NCBI GenBank assembly: GCA_946480935.1
Contig: CAMLLT010000001.1
Coordinates: 1,889 to 65,888 of the forward strand
Direction of reading: 5' to 3'
DNA length: 64,000 nt
Source: an uncultured Bartonella sp.
GTDB lineage: Bacteria > Pseudomonadota > Alphaproteobacteria > Rhizobiales > Rhizobiaceae
Positions 20,344 through 30,823 of this stretch are shown here, one piece after another (position 1 is the stretch's first letter; the number at the start of each line of letters is the position of its first letter). The translations under genes and the position numbers were made by a program. The notes beneath the pieces were generated by a model. It was not told where the DNA came from and ran no database searches. It was given only the letters and a program-made list of their open reading frames with translations.

Positions 20344-21111
20344 TTAGTCAGGCCAACGTATTGTTAGGCCACCATCAACAATAATGCTTTGACCCGTGAC
20401 ATAATTAGCCTTTGAGCTGGTCAAGAACTGAATGACGTCTGCCACTTCTTCTGCCCTACCAACGCGCCCTAATGGAATAACGCGCCCTGCTGCTTTTAAG
20501 CCATCAGGTCCCAAAGAGTTTTTAGCGTCTAAAGATTGCGGCGTTTCAATCAGGCCGGGAATGATGGCATTGCAACGGATTTTGCGTGGAGCTAATTCCA
20601 CCGCAATTGAACGGCAAAGACCGGGCACACCCGATTTAGCCGCCGCATAACTGGTATGATCTTGCCAGCCATAAACACCGCCTGCAATCGATGAAATCGC
20701 CACCATTGCACCGCCATCATTCATATGGCGTGCGGCCGCACGAAAGGTGCGCATCACGCCTGTCAGATCAACATTGATCATCTCACTCCACGCATCGTCA
20801 CTCATTTCAAGCAAAGGTGATTGGCGCAGCAAACCAGCATTGGCCACCGCATAATCCAAGCGGCCAAAATGAACAACGCCTTTTTTCGTGGCTTGCTCAA
20901 CGGACTCGGCATTACCAACATCAAGTGACACCATCAAACATTCACCACCATTTTGCTCAACCAAGTTTTGGGTGATTGTTGGGTCATGGGGGTCTTTTTC
21001 AAAATAACCACCAATGACACGGACATTACTTTTTGCATAAGCAACAGCAAGCGCTTGCCCGATGCCGCTTGCAGCACCTGTAATTAAAGCAACATGAGAT
21101 TTATTTGTCAT
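20344..21111 (-). CDS. SDR oxidoreductase
   Basis: TGAASGIG, ANAG, YAAAK, VDGG. Confidence 0.92.
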   Translation of the reverse strand: MTNKSHVALITGAASGIGQALAVAYAKSNVRVIGGYFEKDPHDPTITQNLVEQNGGECLMVSLDVGNAESVEQATKKGVVHFGRLDYAVANAGLLRQSPLLEMSDDAWSEMINVDLTGVMRTFRAAARHMNDGGAMVAISSIAGGVYGWQDHTSYAAAKSGVPGLCRSIAVELAPRKIRCNAIIPGLIETPQSLDAKNSLGPDGLKAAGRVIPLGRVGRAEEVADVIQFLTSSKANYVTGQSIIVDGGLTIRWPD

Positions 21112-22465
21112 TTAAAGCACCTTCACTGATAATAACGGTTTCTGGCTTGATATGAGGAACGCCAAAAACAACGATCCCAGATAAGAAACAAGGAACGGCA
21201 CCAAACCAAAAAGCAGCCGAAGACCATTCACCACCATTTTTGAGAACGAGGGTAATACCTAAACCTGATAAAATGGCACCAATAGGCCCCATAGCATGAA
21301 TAATAGAACCACCTGTTGCACGAATATGGGTCGGGAATGATTCACCCATAAAGAACATCATTGCTGAATATGGGCCTGTTAAAAAGAACAAACCAACACT
21401 GTATAAAGCAATAACAATATAGAGATTATTTGGCGCATAAATCATCAACGAAAAGGCAATGCCGCCACAAATCCAGCCAATTGCCACAGTTGTACGCCGA
21501 CCAAGTCTGTCGCCCACCCAACCATGAACCAAATAACCAGCAAATCCAACGAAGTTAGATAAGATCAAAATGATCAATGAGTTTTCAAAAGAGATTTTAT
21601 GGATATTCACAATAACAGATGTACCCAAAACACTGAAAACCTGGATAGATGCCCAGTTGAACAAGACAGCTAAACTCAAAACAACCGTAGAGCGTAATGC
21701 TTTGCCCTGAAAAGCTAATTTGATGCTGGTTTGGTGTTGCACAACACCAAAACGGTTAGCAATCGTTGTTGCATCACTATCTTTACCTGCTTTTTTCAAT
21801 TGAGAAATTTTTTGCATAATTTCAAATTGGGGGCTTTCTTTGAGTTTTCTGGCAAAAAAAGCAACTAAAAAACAAGGAATAGCAGCAAAAAGAAAACATC
21901 CCTGCCAGCCAATCCAAGGTAGCAAAATTGCTGTTAATGTAGCAGCAAGAAGCGCCCCCACTGGCCAACCACTTTGCACCAATGAAAAGATAAAACCTTT
22001 GCGTTGTTGAAATTTTGCACTTTTTGACATTGAGTACATTTCTGTCAAATAGGCAGCATTCACACCTTCTTCGGCATAACCAAGCCCAGCAACAGAACGC
22101 ACAACAACAATAGCACTTTTACCAACGCCAGCAAGCAATGTCGTTAAGGCTGAAGCAATACCAGCACCAGCAATGGTCACAATAATACCTTTACGCCGCC
22201 CAATACGGTCAACAATTGGCCCAATAGCAAAAGCGACAATCACGCCGCCAATTGCAATCATCGTTGCCATTTCAGTTTGTTCAGCTAAATTCCAATTAAA
22301 ATGATCGCCCATAACAGGCAGAAGCATTCCAAAAAGAATAAAGTCATAAACCGCAAATACCCAAGCGAAAAAAGCAATCCACGAGGCATAATTGATATCT
22401 TTTTGAGTAACGGGCGCGGGCTTCCAAGTCGATACTTTATCCGCATTTTCTTCTATTTTATTCAT
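21101..22465 (-). CDS. MFS transporter (small organic solute)
   Basis: DRIGRRKG and DRLGRR motif A, ESFPTHIRATG, about 12 TM segments. Confidence 0.9.
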   Translation of the reverse strand: MNKIEENADKVSTWKPAPVTQKDINYASWIAFFAWVFAVYDFILFGMLLPVMGDHFNWNLAEQTEMATMIAIGGVIVAFAIGPIVDRIGRRKGIIVTIAGAGIASALTTLLAGVGKSAIVVVRSVAGLGYAEEGVNAAYLTEMYSMSKSAKFQQRKGFIFSLVQSGWPVGALLAATLTAILLPWIGWQGCFLFAAIPCFLVAFFARKLKESPQFEIMQKISQLKKAGKDSDATTIANRFGVVQHQTSIKLAFQGKALRSTVVLSLAVLFNWASIQVFSVLGTSVIVNIHKISFENSLIILILSNFVGFAGYLVHGWVGDRLGRRTTVAIGWICGGIAFSLMIYAPNNLYIVIALYSVGLFFLTGPYSAMMFFMGESFPTHIRATGGSIIHAMGPIGAILSGLGITLVLKNGGEWSSAAFWFGAVPCFLSGIVVFGVPHIKPETVIISEGALNDK

Positions 22466-22708
22466 ATTGTCGGTCCTAATCTAGGATCAGTATGTATTCA
22501 CGTTAAAACAAGCCCAACAAACAAAAAATTTAAAGGCTATTTTTAAATTCCAAATAAGAGAAAATTCATTCGATATTCGCACTAAAAAAAAGCCTGAAAA
22601 TTTATATTTCTCAAGCTTTTCTGATCTTTAAAGATTCTCAATACTTAGAATTGGAATTTGGTAACTTTGTTAAAGTTAGTGAATCCTGATCCTAATAGTA
22701 AATATGTT

Positions 22709-23590
22709 CTATTTTTTACGGGGGAAACGCTTAGCAAAATCGGTGGCGATTTCATCCATCGTGACAAATTTCACACCTTCATGTTTTTGGAAATGCTCAA
22801 TCAAGCGTTCCAACATCAAAAGCACTTGCGCACGGCCAGACACATCAGGATGAATAGTGATTGGGAAAACAGCATAATCCATTTCACGATAGACCCAATC
22901 AAACTGATCACGCCACATTTGCTCAATATCACGAGGGTTTACAAAGCCATGGCTATTGGGTGATTTTTTGATAAACATCAACGGTGGTAGATCATCCAGA
23001 TACCAATTGGCTGGAATTTCAATTAAATCAGTTTCTACACCACGCACAAGCGGTTTCATCCATGTGTCAGGATGTTGGCTATAATCAATTTTTGTCCATT
23101 TATCACCCACACGCACATAATAAGGCGTATAATCATTATGCATCAAGCTGTGGTCATATTTAATGCCTTTTTTGAGCAATAATTCATTGGTGACATTGCT
23201 AAATTCCCACCAAGGCGCAACGTAACCAGTTGGTCTTTTACCAGAAAGCTTGGTGAGTAAATCAATGGTTTTATCCAAAATTGCTTCTTCTTGCTCACGT
23301 GTCATGGCAATCGGGTTTTCATGGCTATAACCATGCAAGCCAATTTCATGGCCAGCTTTTGCAACGGCTTGCATTTGCTCAGGGAATGTCTCAGCTGAAT
23401 GGCCTGGAATAAACCATGTTGCCTGAAGCTTATATTTATCAAAAAGCTTCAAAAGGCGCATAACGCCAACTTCACCAGCAAAAAGGCCACGTGAAATATC
23501 ATCTGGTGAATCCTCACCACCGTATGACCCAAGCCAACCAGCAACAGCATCAACATCAACACCGATTGAAACAAAAATTTCTTTAGCCAT
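22709..23590 (-). CDS. CE4/polysaccharide-deacetylase-fold metalloenzyme, H. pylori PgdA(HP0310)/PuuE-like subfamily
   Basis: [52 protein letters not shown]; 293 aa, no signal peptide. Confidence 0.9.
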   Translation of the reverse strand: MAKEIFVSIGVDVDAVAGWLGSYGGEDSPDDISRGLFAGEVGVMRLLKLFDKYKLQATWFIPGHSAETFPEQMQAVAKAGHEIGLHGYSHENPIAMTREQEEAILDKTIDLLTKLSGKRPTGYVAPWWEFSNVTNELLLKKGIKYDHSLMHNDYTPYYVRVGDKWTKIDYSQHPDTWMKPLVRGVETDLIEIPANWYLDDLPPLMFIKKSPNSHGFVNPRDIEQMWRDQFDWVYREMDYAVFPITIHPDVSGRAQVLLMLERLIEHFQKHEGVKFVTMDEIATDFAKRFPRKK

Positions 23591-23643
23591 TTTTTCCTCC
23601 TCTAAGATAATTTTTATTATGGCAAAGTGCTAAATGATCGACA

Positions 23644-24987
23644 TCATGCATGCAAAATATCTTCAATTTGCATCGCAGCGTGTAAAAGGCTTTCATCATG
23701 CCCATTCACACCTGATATCAATATTCCAGTAGGGAGCCCATTTTTACCCTGACCATTAGGGAGTGTAATAGCGGGCATATCCAAGAAACTTCCCGGCATT
23801 GTAAGCCTTAGAGTTTTTGAATTTGTTTTAACGAATAAATCAGAATCCGCCTCAAGTGGCGCAAGCAATGGCGCTGTATGCGCAACCGTGGGGGTAAGCA
23901 GAAAGCCGTTGCCCAATTCATTTTTTATGTGCTGTTTGAGCAAACGCGCTTGCTCATAAAGATGAATTTGCGTGCTTGCCAAAATGTCTTTAGCTTTCAT
24001 CAAACGTTGATATACACGCTGGTCCATAAGTTTTACTTTATCGCTTTTAAGCAATTTTTGATGCAATGTATAAGCCTCAGCCGCACCAAGCCAATTGCCC
24101 GCATCAATATAAGATAAAGCTTGATGGAAAGCGTTGATCTTTTTAAAGACCACCTTAACTCCAGCATCCTGAAAGGCCTTTACAGCTTGCGTAAAATTAG
24201 CTGTCACATCATCCTGAATATCAGGATGGTCAAGTATATCAAAATCCACCACCAAGTGGAAATTGCCTTTATCGGCATAATTCTTATTGTTAAAGTCTAT
24301 ATGATAGTTTTGTGATAAAATCAGCCGATCAAGAAAAAAGCAATCTTTGACATTATGCGCAAGTGGACCAATAGTATCAAGTGAAGATGCGAGCGGAAAA
24401 ACTCCTTGTTGTGAATAGCGGTTGATGCTTGGACGATAGCCCACCAAGCCATTAAAAGCCGCGGGAATACGAATAGAGCCTGCCGTATCTGTCCCCATTG
24501 AAAAAGGGACAATTTGTTTAGCAACAGATACAGCTGCTCCTGATGATGAACCACCAGGAGCGTGAAGTTCATTAACCGCGTTGGGTGGTGTACCAAAAGC
24601 AGGGTTAAGACCTAAACCTGAATAGGCAAATTCGCTTAAATTTGTCTTACCAATATTGATCATGCCAAGTTGTGTAAGTTTGGCGACCAAATTCACATCT
24701 TGAGTTGCCGGTGCATTGTCTTTGCGTGTTGCTGATCCAGCTGTTGTGATTGTGCCTGCAACATCAAACAAATCTTTCCAAGCGATAGGCACTCCATCAA
24801 ATGAGGAGAGTGGCATTTTTGCTTTCCACCTTTGCTTTGATGCTTCTGCTTCACGATAAGCACGATCAAGACAGGTAGAAATAAAAATATATTGTGTCTT
24901 ATTTAAACGCTCAACAAGCTCATCAAGAATAATAACAGGGTTTGTTATTCCATTGGCAAATTGTGTCGATAATAATTCTGCATTCAT
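23644..24987 (-). CDS. Amidase-signature family amidase
   Basis: GVPIAWKD, GKTN.SEFA, PGGSSSG, GTDTAGSIRIPA. Confidence 0.93.
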   Translation of the reverse strand: MNAELLSTQFANGITNPVIILDELVERLNKTQYIFISTCLDRAYREAEASKQRWKAKMPLSSFDGVPIAWKDLFDVAGTITTAGSATRKDNAPATQDVNLVAKLTQLGMINIGKTNLSEFAYSGLGLNPAFGTPPNAVNELHAPGGSSSGAAVSVAKQIVPFSMGTDTAGSIRIPAAFNGLVGYRPSINRYSQQGVFPLASSLDTIGPLAHNVKDCFFLDRLILSQNYHIDFNNKNYADKGNFHLVVDFDILDHPDIQDDVTANFTQAVKAFQDAGVKVVFKKINAFHQALSYIDAGNWLGAAEAYTLHQKLLKSDKVKLMDQRVYQRLMKAKDILASTQIHLYEQARLLKQHIKNELGNGFLLTPTVAHTAPLLAPLEADSDLFVKTNSKTLRLTMPGSFLDMPAITLPNGQGKNGLPTGILISGVNGHDESLLHAAMQIEDILHA

Positions 24988-25073
24988 GCCTTCTCCTCCA
25001 AATGAGAATAATAATTATATTTTTTTATAAAATGCAATATTAAAAATTACCTGTTTGAAATAAATAATTTTGG

Positions 25074-25871
25074 GGCTTTATAAGGCTAACTCCAACTTGT
25101 CTTAAAAAGGTAGAGTAGGGGTTTTTAAGCAAGCAGAAAAATGAAATTTATGAAGAGCAGTCGTTCGTTTTTCTTTGCAAGCTTGTCTGGAGATGGCGTG
25201 CCTTTCTTGATTGAAAGGATTGTAAATTGGTCCTTTTATATCGACAAAATCTCATAAACCCATGAGGCTTTCAAACTTTTAAATTGCTTGTTCTCATTGC
25301 CGAAATGCGGTCAAGAATTCTCGTATGAATAATTTAATTGTCGGCCTTTTCTTTGGAGTTAAGCTAATTCCATATCCCTAAGTACTGCTTGATAAGAGGG
25401 AAGTTTATCTGTAAAAAAACTCTTTGGAACTTAACGCTTTTTCAGTGATTTCAAATTGAATTCTTTGCAGAGTTCTTGTCATGTTTTTTAGAAACATAAC
25501 ATTCAAGAATTTCACCATTATGATCAACGGATTTTGATAAATAGTGTTTTTCACCGTTGATTTTGACGAGGGCGTCATCCAATTGCCATTACAATTCGAA
25601 CATTTGTGTCTTCGCTTTATTTGCATGGATTGAGCAATCGATTTACTAAAGTGCGCAACCCAATAACGAAGGGTTTAGTGACGAATATCGATATCACGAT
25701 CATGCAGAATATCTTCAACTTGATGAAAACTTTGTGCTTATCGCACATAATACATAACCGCTAGACAGATAATTTCGGGTGACGTTTTAGAATATTTGAA
25801 TAGATTGATCTTGCTCATGGCGCAAATTAACGCGCCATGGTTGAAACATAAAATTTAATCTGACAAGATCC
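25074..25871 (-). mobile_element. Decayed IS6-family element, copy 2 (direct repeat of copy 1; ATG at 25818)
   Basis: Near-identical to 16056-16858 at about 9017-bp offset; right IR aatttaatctgacaagatc. Confidence 0.88.
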
Positions 25872-27104
25872 TTAAATCGCTTGCCTTTTTACAAAATGAC
25901 CGCCTTTCATAATGATTGGCATATGCTTACCTTGTCCTGTTAAGAGTGAAATATCTTTTAATGGGTTGCCATCAATAACCAAAAGGTCAGCATAAGCATT
26001 ATTGGACAAAGTTCCAACTTTACCTTCTAAGCGCAATAATTTGGCTGCTAAAGATGTTGCGCTTTCAATCACTTTATGGTTTTTCAAAACACGTGCACGA
26101 ATGATAAATTCTTCTGATTGATGAATTTGCATACCACCTAGCAAGTCGCTCCCATAGGCCATAGGTAAACCGGCATTTTGCATAATTTCTAATGAATTCA
26201 TGCCGGCAAGACGCACATCATCCACCTTTGCTATCGAGGCAGCAGGGAGACCCATTGAAGGACCGTCACTTGCAAGTTTGTCATAGGTGACAAGTGTTGG
26301 AACGGCAATGCACCCTTTTTCAACGGCTAATTTTGCTGTTGCTTCATCAATCAAGTTACAATGTTCTAAAGATTTTACACCACATTCAATAGCACGTCGA
26401 ATAGCCTGCTTGGTATAAAGATGTGCTGAAACATAGGTTCCAGCATTTTGTGCTTCTTCAACAATTGCTTTTAACTCATCTATAGAAAAACCTAAGAAAT
26501 GAATAGGATCTGTGGGAGAAGATACACCACCATTTGCCATGACTTTAATAAAATCAACGCCACTTTTTATTTCTTCTCTGGCAGCACGACGAACTTCGTC
26601 GACACCATCACAGACCCGTCCGAGTGCCCCCAGAGGAATGGCATATTTTGGCGTTGGATTGTCATTGTAGGGGCCACGATAATCTGTGTGCCCACCAGTT
26701 TGGCATAGCGCGTTGCCGCTGATAACAAGACGCGGGGTTGGTGTCATTGCTTCTGCAGCCGCAATACGTAAAGCCGATGTCGCACCACCGACATCTCTTA
26801 CCGTAGTAAAACCACGGTGGATCATGTCATGCATGATTTTAAGAGAGCGTACAGTTACAATCTCGTCAGGTAAGCGACTATTGGCACCAAGGTCTGCCAT
26901 GGCAGCAATGACATGCACATGGGCATCAATGAGGCCGGGCATGAGGGTCTTTCCCTTTAGATCGATGATTTCTGCAGACGTACTGGAAACAGTTTTACCG
27001 CTTTCTTTAATCAGACCATTTTCAACAAGAAGGTTTGTTTCTTCTGATTGTTCTGGTGATGAACCATCAACTAAATGGGCATTTTTAAATAGAATATTCG
27101 ACAT
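25872..27104 (-). CDS. Metal-dependent amidohydrolase (prolidase/carboxypeptidase-like subgroup)
   Basis: PGLIDAHVH, GFTTVRDVGG, carboxylated-Lys region DFIKVMANGG, AH, EH, YGSD; ATG 27104 after AGAGGA. Confidence 0.9.
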   Translation of the reverse strand: MSNILFKNAHLVDGSSPEQSEETNLLVENGLIKESGKTVSSTSAEIIDLKGKTLMPGLIDAHVHVIAAMADLGANSRLPDEIVTVRSLKIMHDMIHRGFTTVRDVGGATSALRIAAAEAMTPTPRLVISGNALCQTGGHTDYRGPYNDNPTPKYAIPLGALGRVCDGVDEVRRAAREEIKSGVDFIKVMANGGVSSPTDPIHFLGFSIDELKAIVEEAQNAGTYVSAHLYTKQAIRRAIECGVKSLEHCNLIDEATAKLAVEKGCIAVPTLVTYDKLASDGPSMGLPAASIAKVDDVRLAGMNSLEIMQNAGLPMAYGSDLLGGMQIHQSEEFIIRARVLKNHKVIESATSLAAKLLRLEGKVGTLSNNAYADLLVIDGNPLKDISLLTGQGKHMPIIMKGGHFVKRQAI

Positions 27105-27151
27105 AAATTCCTCTCTTCTTCTTTTTTGGTTATTGTTTATTAACAAAATAA

Positions 27152-27643
27152 TTAAGCGTTTTTTGGTTGTATAATTTCTTGTCGTTCTATTAAAAAGGCT
27201 GGAACAAGATAAGCGGCAGCTTCCAAGGCGGCAGTAAGATGTTGTTCATTATAATGATATTCCTGATCCAACATGCTAATGACACCCAGAGTTTGCCCAT
27301 CATAACGAACAGGCACACTTATCACAGAGCCTAACCCCAAACTAAAAATTAGCTCGTGATCAAAGAAAGCCCATTCAATAGATTGATGATCTTTGCCAAG
27401 AAAAGGTTGCCCTTTTTTTATAAGGAGTTCGCCCCAGTCTGTTGGGCCCATATGTTTACGTCCTAATACGGGATAAGCATCAGGCATATTAGAATAAAGG
27501 CGTGCAACATTTTGTCCATCTACAAGCAAATAGGTTAAAAGTTTGCACCCGCATTTTTGCGTTATATAGTGCTCCAGGGCTTTAAATAATGGCATAGGTT
27601 GATTTGGCTCAGACCAAGCAATTGTAAGGTCTTTAATATTCAT
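27152..27643 (-). CDS. Stand-alone GAF-domain protein
   Basis: RLYSNMPDAYPVLGRK, FFDHELIFSLGLGSVISVPV..DGQTLGVISML. Confidence 0.8.
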   Translation of the reverse strand: MNIKDLTIAWSEPNQPMPLFKALEHYITQKCGCKLLTYLLVDGQNVARLYSNMPDAYPVLGRKHMGPTDWGELLIKKGQPFLGKDHQSIEWAFFDHELIFSLGLGSVISVPVRYDGQTLGVISMLDQEYHYNEQHLTAALEAAAYLVPAFLIERQEIIQPKNA

Positions 27644-29031
27644 TATGCACCTTCATTTTGACGGTTATCATTCAAGAATTCGGCGTCTTCAATTTCCTCC
27701 AAGGAGCGTCCTTTTGTTGGAACACCCAAGAATATAACTGCGAGTGCACCCAGGATTAATATTGTTGTTGTCATGCCGAATACGCCAAACAAACCGCCAA
27801 TTGGATATATATAGCCGACAAGAGTTGGTGCAGAAATAGCACCAATACGGCCAATTGCTGAAGCAAGACCAACGCCTGTTGCACGTACCCTTGTTGGAAA
27901 AACTTCAGGTGTGTAGGCATATTCACCTGCATTCACCCCATTAATAAAGAAGGATAAAATAATACTCATCGCAATAATCATGACATCTGTTTGTGCCAAT
28001 GCGAGCCCGATACCTGACAGGGCAGCTATAAGCATATAAACGACAATCGTATATTGACGTCCCCATTTTTCACAAAGCCAGGCAGCAGAAAAATATCCTG
28101 GGATCTGCGCGACATAAATCCAAATAGAGACAGAAAAGCTTTGAGTGATTGTCATACCACGATCAACTAACAGGCTTGGTATCCATATGAAAAAAGCATA
28201 GGTACAAAAAATCACCGACAACCATAATGCCCATGTCATGATAGTGACGCGACGTAACTGTGGAGAAAATAGAATTTTAAAATTATCAATGAAAGATTGT
28301 GGAGCCGGTGCTTGGATGTGTTTTACATCTTGCGGTGTTGTTAACTCAATTCCATGGTCAGTATAGTATTTTTTTTCAATTATCGTAACGATCGCATTCG
28401 CTTCGTCTTTACGCCCACGGCTTTCAAGCCAGCGAGGAGATTCATAAAGAGAGCGGCGCCACCACAAAACAAAGACAACTGGCAAAGCACAAATCACAAG
28501 TGCGTAGCGCCAGCCGTCTTCATTAATTGGTACAATAAAACGACCAATAAGGGCTGCAACAACAAAACCAAATGAAAAGAAACCAGCAAGTGAAGCAGTA
28601 AAGGAACCGCGCTTTTTAGAACTGATAAATTCAGACAAAAATGGTGCAATAATTGCTGCTTCTGCGCCCATACCCACACCGCCTAGAACTCGAAGTGCAA
28701 AGAAACCATGCCAGTCTTGAATAAAAGCGGAGGCTAAAGAACAAATACAAAATGCGGCTAGTGCCCACATCATAACATTGCGGCGGCCATAGCGATCACC
28801 GATCGTTCCTGCAATTAATGCGCCAAAGAAAAATCCGACATAAGTACTGCTACCTAATAAACCTGTTTGAATTGAATCAAGAGCCCATTGTTGTCGTAAG
28901 GCAGGTAAAATAAAAGCAACGATGGCAGCGTCGACTGCCTCGAACATATAACCAACCCCTCCCATTAGGAGAATTTTAAATTGAAAACGCCCAAAAGGAA
29001 GGCGTTCTAATCGCGCAGAAACTGATGACAT
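27643..29031 (-). CDS. MFS transporter (SV2/aromatic-acid/niacin-like)
   Basis: ARLERLP, GDRYGRR, ESPRWL, PEVFPTRVRATG, TKGRSLEEI. Confidence 0.92.
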   Translation of the reverse strand: MSSVSARLERLPFGRFQFKILLMGGVGYMFEAVDAAIVAFILPALRQQWALDSIQTGLLGSSTYVGFFFGALIAGTIGDRYGRRNVMMWALAAFCICSLASAFIQDWHGFFALRVLGGVGMGAEAAIIAPFLSEFISSKKRGSFTASLAGFFSFGFVVAALIGRFIVPINEDGWRYALVICALPVVFVLWWRRSLYESPRWLESRGRKDEANAIVTIIEKKYYTDHGIELTTPQDVKHIQAPAPQSFIDNFKILFSPQLRRVTIMTWALWLSVIFCTYAFFIWIPSLLVDRGMTITQSFSVSIWIYVAQIPGYFSAAWLCEKWGRQYTIVVYMLIAALSGIGLALAQTDVMIIAMSIILSFFINGVNAGEYAYTPEVFPTRVRATGVGLASAIGRIGAISAPTLVGYIYPIGGLFGVFGMTTTILILGALAVIFLGVPTKGRSLEEIEDAEFLNDNRQNEGA

Positions 29032-29376
29032 ATATATTTCCTCTCATTATAGCATTACGCTGTTGAATGGGACGAAAGTCGAACTGTCGATTTAAACGAA
29101 AATAAATAAAGTTTGAAATATCAAATATTTTGCATCATTTGCCAAAAATGCAAAAAATGCCGGTAAAAATACCTATTGATATCACATTTATACCCCATTT
29201 ATGACGAGTAAAGTTGCTCCATCCCATTTGGTCCCCATTAAACTGTGTCTAGCTGTCTGAAATCGTCATTTTATATCTTCTATAGCTGGACAACAGTTCC
29301 GACATTTTTTAATTCATCTATGCCGGAATTAGAAAATTTGCACATTTTTTTAAAAATCGAAAGAAAAAAATTACAA

Positions 29377-29790
29377 ATGACAAAATTTTTTACAGAATTT
29401 CAAGATTCTGTTCATCAAACTGTTGAACAATAATTGGTTGAAATATCAACGATCCAAAATCTATCTCGTGCTTTCAGTGATCTTTTAGACGAGTTTTGCA
29501 TAATCCTGAAAAAGCCCCTTATGCTTCTGCAAGGGAGGTGAATGAGATTGCTGGTGTTAACCTTGCTACTGTAACATGTGCTGCGCAAACACTCGGATTT
29601 TCAGGTTGCCCAGAAAGGCAAAAAGAAATTTGTGCATGATTTTTAGGACGCTTGAGTTCCTCTAAATTGGCCAATGTGCACGCTCATGGGTAAGCAAAAG
29701 AGCCTGGTGATGCAACCATCACAAAACATATTGCTGATTTGTTTATGATTAAGCGTTCACAAAATCATCGCGCAACTCAAGATATTCTAT
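29377..29790 (+). pseudogene. MurR/RpiR-family regulator remnant, divergent from the MFS
   Basis: VLHNPEKAPYASAREVNEIAGVNLATVTCAAQTLGFSG HTH with stops and frameshifts; SIS domain absent. Confidence 0.7.
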
Positions 29791-29796
29791 AACGTA

Positions 29797-29815
29797 AAAT
29801 TAATCTGACAATGCC
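29797..29815. mobile_element. Isolated IS6-type terminal inverted repeat
   Basis: aaattaatctgacaatgcc matches the right ends of the two IS6 copies. Confidence 0.65.
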
Positions 29816-29934
29816 CATGGGCGTGCTCAGGTGATCAAACGCAATGACCTTAAATCCATTCGATTATAGTATATATTGATACGGCTCTATTAGTTCAAAA
29901 ACTATTGCTGTGTTATCAAGAGATTTTATCGGGT

Positions 29935-30279
29935 ATGACCTTTAGTCTTCCCATGACACTGCGAAAGCGTGGTATTGAACAAAAGCTCATCATTGCTCAA
30001 AGGTCACCGCAACAAGATCTGGCTCCCATCAAAAGTCTCGTTAAAGCTTATCAATGGTTAAGTAATATGAAGTAAGGGCAGGCCTTTGCATCAATAGCCA
30101 TCAAAAAAAGCATCAATATGGGTTATATCCGCACACGCATACCCTTAGTCGTTTTATCGCCAAAGCTTCAAAAAGCTAGTCTTGACGGTAATCAATCGAT
30201 TGATCTGACATTGAAAAGACTTGTCTGTTGTAAAATACCACTTGATTGAGTGGAGCGAAAACAGCTCTTCGTGTCATAA
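29935..30279 (+). pseudogene. C-terminal remnant of a large serine recombinase
   Basis: PMTLRKRGIEQKLII...KAYQW..*..LSPKLQKASLDGNQ..LTLKRL..IPLD*VERKQLF, two internal stops. Confidence 0.7.
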
Positions 30280-30660
30280 GACGACACTTCAAAAGGCAAT
30301 AAACACTCATATCCTTGATACCTGGTTCAAATATACAACCTGAATGATCATAATTCTGAAAAATTAAATGCTTCACTTCACAAAATTACATCTCAAAGTT
30401 GACGCCAACAACTGCAAAGCGATTGCTCGTGTTTGACGACATTTGAATAACAGTAAAAAATAAATTCCTATTATTTTTAAAATGCTCGTTAAAATTCCAA
30501 ACTTTAACGCCATAAAATGCAAACAGAGACAGAACGCATAAAAAGCCCAAAAATAATAACAGGAAATAAACCTTTTAAAAAAAAGACAGCATCCAACCCA
30601 TTGAAATCTTGTTGTATCGCATGGGATAAATAGAAACATCAGTTGGTTATGATGTCTTAA

Positions 30661-30750
30661 TGGCGGAGGGGGTGGGATTCGAACCCACGGTACAGTCGCC
30701 TGCACGCCGGTTTTCAAGACCGGTGCCTTAAACCGCTCGGCCACCCCTCC
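30661..30750 (-). tRNA. tRNA-Ser (anticodon UGA)
   Basis: GGAGGGGTGGCCGAGCGG...CCGGTCT-TGA-AAACCGG, long variable arm, GGTTCGAATCC, CCA end. Confidence 0.97.
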
Positions 30751-30823
30751 AAAAAGGATGCGCAAGTCTTTACAAGGTTCTGGCTAAAGGTCAATCACTT
30801 ATTTGAATTTTTTTGAGCCAAAT

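Noticed and set aside
22709-23590. Labelling the gene pgdA (peptidoglycan deacetylase)
   Set aside because: No export signal, and the catabolic neighbourhood argues against transferring that function.
29130-29163. Sigma54-like TGCA/TGCC motifs upstream of the MFS
   Set aside because: GG-to-GC spacing does not fit the -24/-12 rule.
30373-30765. 130-aa ORF, and ORFs at 35628-35844
   Set aside because: They overlap tRNA-Ser genes and are spurious translations.
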